A stretch of 64,000 nucleotides of DNA from Dictyostelium discoideum (Eukaryota). The stretch is from NCBI GenBank assembly GCA_000004695.1, contig CM000150.2, forward strand, positions 4,384,001 to 4,448,000. The letters run 5' to 3'. Of the stretch, positions 49,143 to 64,000 are shown piece after piece (position 1 is the stretch's first letter; each line of letters begins with the position of its first letter). Below the pieces are notes generated by a model. The model was not told where the DNA came from. It searched no databases and saw only the letters and a program-made list of their open reading frames with translations. The position numbers and the translations under genes were made by a program.

Positions 49143-51367
49143 AAAGATTTTTACAAGTTGCAAAAAAGATGGGAATTAGTGATAATCAATTATTTATTGC
49201 AACAGATTTATGGGAAAATAAAAATTTTCAAATGGTAATTAGTACAATTAATAAGATGGCAACAATAGCGGTATCAAAAGGATTTCCAATTAAATGGCCA
49301 ACAGTTGATGATCCAAATAAAGAGACAAAATTTGAAAAAGCATCACCTGATAGAGTGCTTGAATGGGATAATAGTTTTATATATAGTAATAATAGTAGTA
49401 ATAGTAATAATGGTAATAATAGTCCAAAATCACCAGCTTCAACAATTGGTAAGAAAACAACATCATTTGGTACACCAACTACATCAAGAAATAGCATAAA
49501 CTTTTCTTTACCACCAAAATTAACAGCTTCATCAACTTCAACTTCAAATTTAATTCAAACAAATTCAAATCCAACAACTCCAACAACTTCAACAACTTCA
49601 ACACCAAATTTATCATCAACTGTAACAATAACAACAACAACACCAACAACAACACCAACACCAACACCAACTAAACCAATAACACCATTAGTTGTCACAC
49701 CACCAGCTACTGTAGTTTCACCATTATCACCAATTTCACTTGTATCAACACCACCACCACCAACAACAACAACAATTGTTGTAAAAGAAAATGAAAATGA
49801 AAAAGAAAAAGAACAATTACCACCACCACAATCACAATCACAACCACAACCAAAAATAGAAAAAGAAAATGAAAATGAAAAAATAAAAACAAATTTAGAA
49901 ACAGAAATTTTAATTAAAAAAGAATTAACAAAACAAGATAAAATTGAAATTATAATTAATCAATATAAAGAATTATCAATTAAAGAGAATAATGGTAATG
50001 AATCAATTCATTATGCAGTTAGAGATGGTAATATTGAAGTTATAAAATCAATTGCCAATAGTGATAATGTAAATAGTAAAAATCAAAATACAGGTCGTAC
50101 ACCATTACATGTTGGTGTATTGAATGGAAATGTTGAAATTGTAGAGATATTATTAGAGATTGAAGGATGTGATTGTAATCAAGCAGATACCGATGGCAAT
50201 ACACCCATTCATTTGGCTGTGCTTAAAGGTAATCATTCAATGGTTGAAACATTGATTAAGAAAGGCACCCAAACCAACACCAATGCTGTCAATAGGGATG
50301 GCTCAACACCAATGATGATGGTGTCGGTTAATGGCGATGAGAGAATGGTGGATTTGTTATTGGAGGGTGGTGCAGATGTGAATTCGTCCAATAAGAAGGG
50401 CAACACTGCATTGCATTACGCAACTTTGAAGGGCCATAAAAAGGTGGTTGATAAATTGTTGGAGGCAGGCTCCGATGTTAATGCAGTCAATCAGGATGGT
50501 GCAACTTCATTACATGTGGCCGCTGAAGAGAATTTCCCAAACATTATTGAATCATTGGCAAATTCAGGTGCAGTAGTTGACCAACAACGTTTAGATGGTT
50601 GGACACCATTGTATAGTGCCGCTTTCAAGGGTAATCGTGAAACTGCAATTTCACTCCTATCAAAGGGTGCAAGTGTTGATTCTCATAATCTTGAGGGTTG
50701 GACACCACTTCATTCAGCTTGTTCAGAGGGTCATCTTAAAATGGCTCAACTCTTGATTACAACCTATAAATCCGATGTCAATAGTCAAAATTTTCAAGGT
50801 ACAACATCATTATTTCACGCTTGTTCATCTGGTCATTTAGAATTGGTTAAATATTTATTCCAAGTTGGATCCAATCCTGAATTGTCAAGACCTGGTGGTT
50901 GGAAACCAATTCATATCGCTTGTTATAATGAAAATGATTTAATCACTCGTTATTTAATTGAAAAAAATGTAAATTTAAATTGTACAAACTCTGAAATCAA
51001 AGGTTACGCTCCAATTCATATTCTAATTAGTACTGAAGAACCACGTTTAGAAATTATTGAACTATTATTAAGTAAAAAAATCAATGTAAACATTAAAAAT
51101 GTTAATGGTTCAACTCCACTTCATTTGGCTGTATTTTGGAATCATTTTAAAGTACTCGAATTATTACTCAAATATGGTGCCTCTCTTGAAGAAAAAAATA
51201 ATAAAGGTAGAACGCCTCTAAGTTTAGCTTGTCATTATGGTAATGAAATCATTGCAAAATATTTAGCTGAAAAAACAAACAAAGATGTAAAAAAATTAAA
51301 AATTAAAAATAACAAACAAAAAATTTTAGATATGGAAATTCCAGATTCACCACCAGTACCATTATAA
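48689..51367 (+). CDS. calponin-homology (CH) domain + Ser/Thr/Pro-rich linker + ~10 ankyrin repeats protein
   Basis: Two exons: 48689..48987 and 49147..51367 (phase 2). CH domain ARQVECKLWIESII...VVLCKLANTMFP...FLQVAKKMGISDNQLFIATDLWENKNFQMVISTINKMATIA. Ankyrin repeats TPLHVGVLNGNVEIVEILL, TPIHLAVLKGNHSMVETLI, TALHYATLKGHKKVVDKLL and others. Confidence 0.8.
49021..49056 (+). other. C-rich motif TCACCCACTCCCCCTTCCCCCCTCCCCCACTTG in intron 1 of the CH/ankyrin gene
   Basis: Shares the 13-mer CCTTCCCCCCTCC with a second C-rich motif (51661-51686) just downstream of the same gene. Both are highly atypical for this AT-rich genome. Confidence 0.5.
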
Positions 51368-51660
51368 AAATAAATAATAAATAATAAATAATAAATAATA
51401 AATAATAATTATAATTATCATTCTACCTCTCCTTTTAACAACATTTAAAAAATTATAAAAATAAAAAAAAATAAAAAATAAAAATTAAATAAAAAAAAAT
51501 AATTTATTGTATATTTACATTTTTATTTAATTTTTTTATAATTATCTAAACAAAATTTTTTTATTTTTTTTTTTTTATTTAGTCAAAATTAATTTAATGA
51601 AAATAAAAATACTTTTTATAGAAAATGAAAAATAAAAACAATTGTTTAAAAAATACACTT

Positions 51661-51686
51661 TTAGGTTCTCTCCTTCCCCCCTCCTC
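51661..51686 (+). other. C-rich motif TTCTCTCCTTCCCCCCTCCTCATTT ~300 bp downstream of the CH/ankyrin gene stop codon
   Basis: See 49021-49056. It could equally lie in the 3-prime UTR of the minus-strand gene 51722..52301. Confidence 0.5.
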
Positions 51687-51721
51687 ATTTAAAAAATGAT
51701 AAATTATTTCAATTTTATTTT

Positions 51722-52301
51722 TTAAAAAATTAAAAACATTATTGTTGATATTAAAAATATTAAAATAAAATTTGAAGTTATTATTTGGGAATTATTACAA
51801 ACTAAGAATGCAAAACATTCATCAGTAAAAGTTCTATTATTTGCTAATAAAATACAATTTTCATTATCTGGATTTAATGTATTATTTACAATTGGATAAG
51901 TGAATGATTCAACATATCTTTCATTACCTTCTACTAAAACTGTTTTATTTTCTGAAATATATTTAAATTGCATATACATTACACCATTCCAACGATTTTC
52001 TGAAACTTTAATATCATTTCTAAGAAATTTTGTGCTTTCACCTTCAAAAATTCCTCTTGGACAAGAACTACTACACTAAATAAATAAAATAAATTTTTTG
52101 GTAATTATTTTTTTATTAATTATTAATATCACATGTAATAAATTAACTTTAACATTTTTTTTTTTTTTTTTTTAATAAAATATTTACAGTTTGTCTACAA
52201 AAGAAATATTTCAAGTAAATATATGGTGATTCATCATCACAATAGACAGTTGATGATAATAAACAAATAATTAATGTTATAATAAATAAATTCGATTTCA
52301 T
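51722..52301 (-). CDS. small secreted / possibly GPI-anchored hypothetical protein (~155 aa)
   Basis: Two exons: 52301..52188 (MKSNLFIITLIICLLSSTVYC signal peptide) and 52075..51722 (GTAAAT...TAG, phase 0). Hydrophobic C-terminal tail FILIFLISTIMFLIF. No family recognised. Confidence 0.5.
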
Positions 52302-52995
52302 TTTTTTTTTTTTTTTTTTTTATTTAATTTTATTTTATTTTTTTTTTTTTTTTTTTTCGTTGATCAAATTAACTGATCAAAAATTTAATTTTTTTTTTAT
52401 TTTTATTTTTTTTTTTTTAAAAAAAAAAAGATATTTCCCAAAGGTTTATAACCAATAAAAAAATCTAAAACATGTTCCAAATTAAAACCAAAAGGTTAAA
52501 AAAATATAGAATGAGACAATAAAAATTTGGAATTCTGTGATTGGTTTTATTAAAATAAAAAAAGTGGGTCAAGTAAAGAAAAGAGAATATTTTTATTTTT
52601 TTATTTAAATTCGAAAAAAAAAAATAAAAAGAAGATAAAAGAAAAAGTACAAGATTCACGACAAACACCCCTTGTTTTTTTTTATTTTTATTTTTATTTT
52701 ATTTTATTTTTTTTTTTTTTTTGATATCTTTCGGATTAATTATTAAGTTAGATTAGATTAGGTTGACAATTGTTTAAAAATAAAAATAAAAATAAAATCA
52801 CAAAAAAATTAAAAAAAAATTTTTGTAAAAAAAAAAAAAAAAAAAAAAATCAAAAACATTATTTGAAAAAGTAATAATGACAATATTTTTTAATTTTTTT
52901 AATTTTTTTTTTTTTTTTTGAAAAAAAAAAAAAAAAAAAAAAATTGAATAGCAAAAAATTAATTCATTTAAAGATAATTAATTTATTCAATAAAA

Positions 52996-53055
<60 letters not shown>

Positions 53056-53083
53056 AAACAAATAAATAAAATAAATAAATGTA

Positions 53084-56698
<3,615 letters not shown>

Positions 56699-57409
56699 AA
56701 ATAATAAATAAAATAAAAAATAAATAAATAAATTTGTTTGCACCTTGAATTTCTATTTGATTTTTTTTTTTTTTGTTTATTTTTTTTATTTTGAAAACTA
56801 AAAATTAAAAATTGCATATTATTAAGAAACTAATGGTGTCATGGTTTTTATGGTGTGATCTTATTTTTATTTATATAATTTGATGGATTTAGTGAAGTTT
56901 AAAAATAAATAAAATAAACTGAATAAGTCCACCACATAAAATTGACCATTTATTTATTATTAAATTATTTAATTATTTAATTATTTAATTTTTTTTTTTT
57001 TTTTTTTTAATTTATTTTTTTTTTTTTTTTTTTTTTTTTGTGGTTGTTCAATAAAACCCATAGAGAAATAAAATCAATTTAAATATATTGGGGGATTTTA
57101 AATTTTTTTTTTTTTAATCAAATTGGGCAATGTGTAAAAAATTGATTATATTTGTACAATAATTGTTCTAAAAAAAAACAATTGGATTTGATTTGATTTG
57201 ATTTCATTTTATCTTCATTTTTTGGATTTAAAAATAACATCAATACTATTTTATTATTGATTTTTGTTTTAAAAATAAGGTATTTAATCAAAAATATTCG
57301 AAATAAATCAAATTAAAATAAAATTTAAATTTCCATTAAAATATAAATAAACAAAATTATTAATATAAAATTAAAAATGATTTTCAATTCTTTAACTAAT
57401 ATTTTAAAT

Positions 57410-57414
<5 letters not shown>

Positions 57415-57440
<26 letters not shown>

Positions 57441-57441
57441 T

Positions 57442-57532
<91 letters not shown>

Positions 57533-57535
57533 CCA
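57415..57535. repeat. (ATC)n microsatellite
   Basis: Direct reading. It gives the poly-S (plus strand) and poly-D (minus strand) ORF artefacts 57377..57559 and 57325..57621. Confidence 0.95.
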
Positions 57536-58021
57536 ATCATTATCATCATCATTAAATAATAATTATAGTAAAAATTCCGAATCTCTTCAAAATGAATCAA
57601 ATTACCAAAACAATAATCCACTTAGTAATCAAGGGGTGTTTCAAATTTATGGTTTGCCTAATTCTAAAAAATATTAAAACGATATCATTCTAAGAAATGA
57701 AATTTCATTCTTAAAATAAAAAAAAAAAAAAATAAAATAAAAAATCTCAATCCAATTTCAAATTACTTCAAACTAATAAATAGAAAATTCGAAATAATTA
57801 TTAAATAAACTATGTTCTATTATTTTTAGAAAAAACCTTAATTACTTTTTTTTCTTTTTTTTTTAAAATTAAAACTTATTTTGTTTTTAATTTTTTTTTT
57901 ATTTATTTTATATTATTTACATTGTGAAGAGATTCTAAACTATTATTTGTTTTTTTTTTTTAGATTTGATTAAAGAAATTTATTAAACTTTCAAAAAAAA
58001 AAAAAATAAAAAAAATAAAAC

Positions 58022-58057
<36 letters not shown>

Positions 58058-58109
58058 TATTTTAATCAATTCGTTCGTTTTTTTTTTTAAAAAAAAAAAA
58101 AACTAAAAA

Positions 58110-59725
58110 ATGATTAAAAGATTATTTTGCTCAATTAATAAAAATAAAATAATAAATGAACCACCAAAATTATCAATAATAAAAGATACAATTTATAATT
58201 TATCATCAGGTGTTGGAAAGAGTGGAGTTGCAATTATTAGAGTTTCAGGACCACAAGCAGAAACAGTTATAAGAAAATTAATAAAAAAAAGTGATGTAGA
58301 TAAAAATGAGGAAATTAAATCACGTTATGCAACATTATCAACATTTTATAATCCAAAAACTAATGAACAACTTGATAAAGGTATGTTTATTTGGTTTCCA
58401 TCACCAAATAGTTTTACAGGTGAAGATGTTGTTGAATTTCATATTCATGGTGGTAGAGCAGTAATCTATGAGACAATGGAAGCAATTGGATTAATTGAAG
58501 GAACTAGACCATCTGAACAAGGTGAATTTACAAAGAGAGCATTTGAAAATGGTAAAATGGATTTAACACAAGTCGAGGGTTTATCAGATTTATTAGATGC
58601 TTCAACATCATTTCAAAAAAAGATTGCACTTAAACAAATGCAAGGTTCAATTAGTGAGTTTTATTTATCACTTAGAAAAGATTTAATTAGAGCATCGGCT
58701 TATATGGAAGCATTTATTGATTTTGGTGATGATGCTGAATTGGATCCTGAAATAGTTGATCAATCTAGAAATAGAATCATTTCAATTCGTGATAAAATTC
58801 AACAACATTTAAATGATGGTAAAAGAGGTGAACGTTTAAGAGATGGTGCAAACATTGCAATCGTTGGACCACCAAATGCTGGTAAAAGTTCATTAATTAA
58901 TTTATTAACAAATAGAAAAGCGTCAATAGTTTCACCAATCGCTGGTACAACTAGAGATATAGTTGAAGTGATTTTAGATATAGATGGTTATCCTGTAATC
59001 ATTGGTGATACCGCTGGTCTTAGAAATTCAACAAATGATCAAATTGAAATTGAAGGTATTGAAATGGCAAAAGATAGATTTAATAATTCTGATATTAAAT
59101 TATTTTTATTTGATTCTTTTAATTTATTTAGTCAATTAAATCAAAATCAAAATTTAAATTCATCATTTAATTTTAATGAAGAAATTAAAAATTTATTTAA
59201 TTTTATTGATAATGAAACTATTATAATATTTAATAAATCAGATTTATTAAAACAATTTGATAATTTAAAAGAATGGGAAAATTTAAAATTAAACCTTTTA
59301 GATAATATTAAAAAATCAAATAATTTAAATTCAATTCAATCAATTGAAATCTCTTGTAATAATAATGAAAATATTAAAGATTTATTAAATTTATTAAAAT
59401 TAAATTTAAAAAATTTGTAAGTAATTTATTAATTCCCAAAAAAAAAAAAAAAAAGTAAATTAATTAATTTTTTTTTTTTTTTTTAAAAAAAAGATTTGAA
59501 ATTCAAGATAAAGAATCTCCACTTTTAACAAGATTAAGATATAAACAACATTTAAGTGATTGTGTTGAATCTTTAGATAGATATTTGTATTATTGCGAAC
59601 ATGATGTGGTTTTGGCATCTGAGGAATTAAGAAGTGCAATCCTCTCAATCAGTGAAATTACTCACTCTGTAAATATTGATGACCTTTTAGATATAATTTT
59701 CAAAGATTTTTGTATTGGAAAATAG
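58110..59725 (+). CDS. tRNA modification GTPase MnmE/TrmE family (mitochondrial GTPBP3/MSS1 homolog)
   Basis: Two exons: 58110..59416 and 59494..59725 (GTAAGT...AG, phase 2). MnmE N-domain, G-domain motifs GPPNAGKSSLIN, DTAG, NKSD. Spliced C-terminus ends in the family-defining FCIGK. Confidence 0.85.
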
Positions 59726-60265
59726 TTTTTCACTTTTAAAAATTAATAATAATAACAATAAATATAATGATAATAAAAATAAAAATAAAAATAAAAATAA
59801 ATTTATTATTTCTGTAAATACAAAAAAAAAAATAAAAAAAATTTATCTCTTTGAAACTATTATTTTTTTTTTTTTTTGTTTATTTGGTTTTGATTGTCCT
59901 AGGTGACTAAATAAAATATATATATAGCTTTTTTTTATTTTAATTTTTTTTATTTATTTTTGTTTGGGTTAATGGTGGTGTTCATAAAATTTTTTATTAT
60001 TATATTTGTAAATCATTCAACCAAATTACTGTTTGAGTTAATGTGGTGGTATTCATTATCATAAAATTATTTTCTTAAAAAAGACACTCTTTTTAAAAAA
60101 TTTTTTGTATTATTTTAAAAATATTTAAAATTAACTTGAATGTATATGTATTTCAACAAATTTTAGTGGGTATAAAAACAAATATTTTTTTTTTTTTAAA
60201 ACAAAATATTATATTTAAATACAAAAAAAAAAAAAAAAAGTTAAAGAAATAGAAAAAATATAAAA

Positions 60266-60636
60266 ATGACACTTTTTAGTATTTATTATTTATAAAATTA
60301 TTTATTAATTTTCACTTATACTAATATTAATTTTTTATAGTGAATTGATATTAACATTTTTTTTTATTAAAATTATAATAGATTCAATTTCATCAATTTC
60401 AAACTCTACTGGAATCTCTAAACAAAGTTTAATTGGGAATGTTGAAGGTAATACAATTGCAAATGGTGGTAATAGTGCTTCATGGTTGTGGTGGATTCGG
60501 TGGTGGTTGTGGTGGATTCGGTGGTGGTTGTGGTGGATTCGGTGGTGGTTGTGGTGGTAGTGGATGTGGTGGTTCAAATTTAAATATTATAAATGTTGAT
60601 ATTGATATTGGTCGTCGTCGTCGTAGATGTTGTTAA
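60266..60636 (+). pseudogene. hssA/2C/7E-family-like small Gly/Cys-rich protein gene with an apparent +1 frame disruption (or a sequence error)
   Basis: ATG ACA CTT TTT A at 60266, then a 102-nt intron (60279..60380). Frame A reads [38 protein letters not shown]. The G/C-rich tail [51 protein letters not shown] is in the +1 frame (ATG at 60439), and frame A runs into a W-rich nonsense tail. Contains a 3 x 24-nt tandem repeat GGTGGATTCGGTGGTGGTTGTGGT (60486-60557). Confidence 0.4.
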
Positions 60637-61248
60637 AAAACCACTTAAAATTAGGTTCAAAATTAAATAAATTAAAATTTTTAAAAAAATATTACATACA
60701 ATATCTTTTTAAACTATTACTGTTAATTTTTATATTTTTGATTTTTTGGTAAATAACTTTTTTTATTCTTTGGGAAAATAAAAGAAACAATTTTTTTTTT
60801 CATTATATTTTAATAACTTATTTTTATACTTATATCATTTGTATTTTTGTTTATATCCATATAAAAAATAAATAAAATTAAATCATTGTTAAAAAAAATA
60901 AAAAAAATAAAAATAAAAATATAATAAAATTTTTTTTATTTTTTATTTTATTCCAGGTGTCAAAATTTTGTTTTCAATATTATCTTTTTATACCTGATAA
61001 TAATAATTTAAAATATCAAAATGATTAAAAAAAAAAAAAATATCAAATTGATTAAAAAAAAAATAAAAATAAAAAAAAATAAAAATAAAAAAACAGTCGT
61101 TTTTTTTTTTAGACGAAAAAAAAAAATTTTATTTTTATTTTATTTTTATATTATTTTTTTATATTTTCATAATAAATCTAAATTTAATATTACACACCAT
61201 ATACACATAAATACATATTTTATATATATATATAATATTTTTAAAAAA

Positions 61249-62106
61249 ATGTCATCAATGAATTTACGTAGATTATTGCCACAAAGGGCAAAACAAGAAA
61301 GACCACAACCAGAAAGTTCAAAGAAAAAAGGTTTTTTAGAGAGAAAGAAAGATTATGTTGAACGTGCAAAAGATTATAATAATAAAAGAGATACATTAAA
61401 GAAATTAAAATTACAAGCAGCATTTAAAAATCCAGATGAATTTAATTATAAAATGATTAGTAGTAAATTAGTTGATGGTGTACATAGTGAAATTAGTAAA
61501 ACCTCTTTAAAAAAAGAGCAAATTATAGATATTAAAACTCAAGATATATTATATTTACAAAGTAAAAGAAGAGCAGATGATAAAGTAAAGTAAAAATTAA
61601 ATTATAAAAATAAATAAATAAATAAATAAACAATATTAATATTTATTTTTTTATTAATTTTTTTTTTTAAAATCAAATATAAATATTAGAAAATTGAAAG
61701 ATTACAAGCAACATTACAATATATGGATTCAGGATTAGAACCAACAGAACAAATTATTTATGTAGATGATGAAAAAGAAGTAAAGAATTTTTCAGCAACC
61801 AAATATTTTGATACAGTACCAGATGCATTTAATGGATCATTGTCAACAATACCAAAAATTTCAAAACTTAAAGAAGGTTCATTGGTTGTAAACCCAAAGA
61901 CAGCACCAACATTGGGTCAATTAGAAGCAATGACTGCAACATCATATAAAGAATTAAAAGAAAGAAAATTAAGAAGAGATCAATTATTTAAAGCTGAAAT
62001 GGATTTATCAAAATCAAAAATTCAATTAAAAAGAGGTACAAAATCTGGTGTAACTAAAAAAGTTGGTAAAAAAGAAGTTGTTTTTAAACAAGTTAGATCA
62101 AAATAA
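61249..62106 (+). CDS. utp11: U3 snoRNP protein UTP11 homolog
   Basis: Two exons: 61249..61584 and 61690..62106 (GTAAAG donor, phase 0). GFLERKKDYVERAKDYNNKRDTLKKLKLQAAFKNPDEFNYKMISSKLVDGVH and KIERLQ match UTP11 along its whole length. Confidence 0.85.
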
Positions 62107-62394
62107 ATAAATAAATAAATAATAAAAATAATAAAAATAATAATAATATAAATAATAAAAAAAATGGAAAGAATTCATTTTTTTTTTTTTTTTTTTTTGT
62201 CAAATATAAAATACAAGTTTATTATATCAATAATAATTTTATTTATTTTGGTGTGTATAATATGGTGTGGGTGATGATAAAATTGAATTCAATTAAGATT
62301 GATGATGATGATGATGATTATTGATGATAATTGATGATTGATGAATTACATATTATAATTCTTATTATTTATGTTTTTTTTTTTTTTTTTTAAT

Positions 62395-63197
62395 TTAAAT
62401 TGAACCATTTAATGAATAATTAATTTTATTATTATTTGTATTTAAAGTATTTCTTGTATTTTCAGGAGTTTTTAAAGATGAAAATGTTAATGGTTTAAAT
62501 GATGAAGTTGCACTTGTTGTATTGTATTGAGTGTTTGTGTTTGGTATATTATAGGATGAAGATGAGTAAGAGGATGTCGAAGAAGATGAAGATGAGGAAG
62601 AAGAGGAGGATGATGAGGAGGATGATGAGGAGGATGCATTATTTGGAGTATTTAAATATGGAACATTAGCAGCAGTATTAAATAATGGTAATAAACTTGG
62701 AGTGACATAAGATTCCAACATGTTACCTCTATGATAAGAGTAAGAGTTACTATGAAGTAGTAATTTATGTAAATTAGTTTCTTCTTCTCTTTGTTTCTTT
62801 GCATAAGCTAAACCACATGCATTACATAATGTTGCAGGGCCGGATGGACCTCTTCTCCATTCTGGTGTATTCTTTGTACCGCAATTATGACAATATAATG
62901 TTGATTTATCAATATTAGCAGGTCTTCTTCTATGAGTTTTCTTTACTGGTGGATGTGGGAAACTTTGATCATAATAAGTGAAATTATTTTGATAAATATG
63001 AGATTGTGACATTTGATCATGATAATTTGATGATGATGTTGGTTCATATTTAATATGACCATTATTTGATGATAATTTATTATTATTATTTAATGATGAT
63101 AAGGTTGATGAAGATGAAGAGGATGATGAAGATGAAGAGGATGAAGAGGATGGATTTGAATTATTCGACATTGAAGAGTAATAACTACTACTATGAG

Positions 63198-63242
<45 letters not shown>

Positions 63243-64000
63243 CGCCAATTGAAGAAAGTAATGATAATGAAGAATTTGAGTCGTATTTATTTGTTAAATT
63301 ATTGCTATTTGAATTATTTGAATTATTATTATTGCTATTGTTGTTGTTGTTGTTATTGTTGTTATTGTTGCTATTATAATCGTTATGGGAAGGAGAGTGA
63401 CCTAATGATTGAGGTGTTGTCATGCCACTACCAGAATTACTATTATAATAGCTATTATTTGAACTTGAATTTAATGAAATATAATCATTTATATCATTAT
63501 GACTATTGGATGAATTATAAACATTATTTGAATTATGATTATTATTTAATGGATTTGATGATTTTTGGAATGGTGATAAAATTACAGGTGATTGGAAATA
63601 ACCACTACCACCATTATTATTATTGTTGTTATTATTGTTATTGTTATTTCCATCACTAGCACCAGTGTTTTGATTAGAAGCCAATGAACCATAGAATGAA
63701 TGATTATTAGTTAATGTTGGATTTGTACCATATTGATTAATTAAAGGTGATGTAACTGATGATGATACAGTCGAAGATGTATTTGGTGAATGATGGGTAT
63801 ATGGATTGGTTGTTGATAACATTCCACTTGTTGAATAATCTTGACCCATTGGATTCATATAGGAATGTAAATTATTTGAGGAAAGATTATTAGTAACTGA
63901 ATATGGAATATTAGTTGAAGTTGAGAGTGGTGATGCTCCAATACTACCACTACTATTTGTTGACGAGGAAGATGTTACTGTTGTTGGTGTTAATGAAATC
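62395..64000 (-). CDS. GATA-type zinc finger transcription factor, 5-prime end beyond the window
   Basis: CHNCGTKNTPEWRRGPSGPATLCNACGLAYAKK is a canonical GATA finger. The reading frame stays open upstream of the first listed Met (63858) to the window edge. Extensive Ser/Asn low complexity. Confidence 0.8.

Noticed and set aside
57377-57559. Poly-Ser ORF / poly-Asp antisense ORF
   Set aside because: It is the (ATC)n microsatellite at 57415-57535 read in two frames and strands. No flanking coding signal.
59961-60060. Short direct repeat TGTTTGRGTTAATGKTGGTG downstream of the GTPase gene
   Set aside because: It has two imperfect ~30-nt copies only and no flanking features. It is probably a slippage duplication in the 3-prime flank.
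60335-60577. His-rich ORF ([16 protein letters not shown]...) on the minus strand
   Set aside because: It is the reverse-strand reading of the 24-nt GGTGGATTCGGTGGTGGTTGTGGT repeat. Its first codon is TTG, not ATG, and no ATG occurs in frame. The plus strand gives the biologically sensible Gly/Cys-rich reading.

Overview
The window is AT-rich (roughly 75-80% A+T) with long homopolymer A/T runs and (AAT)n/(ATT)n microsatellites that translate to poly-N/Q/Y. Introns are short, AT-rich and mostly GTAAGT...AG, and a discoidin lectin gene pair is present. Together these identify it as Dictyostelium (social amoeba) nuclear DNA. I can support about 27 protein-coding genes, most spliced by hand from the ORF track. 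In order they are a GH5 endoglucanase, an HGSNAT-like acetyltransferase, CZIB/DUF866, a cytochrome-b5-domain protein, TIM50, an HP1-like chromo/chromo-shadow protein, BRAP2, TSR2, a CRT-like transporter, a large TPR-Kelch-MYND-RING protein, an Hsp70, a WD40 protein, an EF-hand protein, two tandem discoidin-I-family lectin genes, a large DUF4209-like protein, Vps16, a GSK3-like kinase, a CH-domain/ankyrin protein, a small secreted protein, a 1204-aa Asn-rich hypothetical protein, a MnmE/GTPBP3 GTPase, an hssA/2C/7E-like small gene with a frame disruption, UTP11, and a GATA factor that runs off the window end. No tRNA, rRNA, CRISPR array or recognisable transposon was found.

The most interesting structure is a ~2.5 kb segmental tandem duplication (about 31330-36408) that created the discoidin pair. 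Decayed fragments of the EF-hand gene and of the DUF4209 gene sit at the duplication junction. The distal breakpoint falls inside a 49-nt sequence that also occurs, inverted and in frame, inside the coding region of the TPR-Kelch-MYND-RING gene 13 kb away. That gene also has its own 3-prime end copied about 270 bp upstream of its start codon.

Other oddities are a 45-bp-arm perfect hairpin in an intergenic region, discoidin first introns that are essentially T73/T65 homopolymers, a 34-bp segment inverted between the two discoidin promoter copies, two C-rich motifs flanking the ankyrin-gene exon, and a DUSE-like motif with a GC-rich candidate small RNA at the window start.
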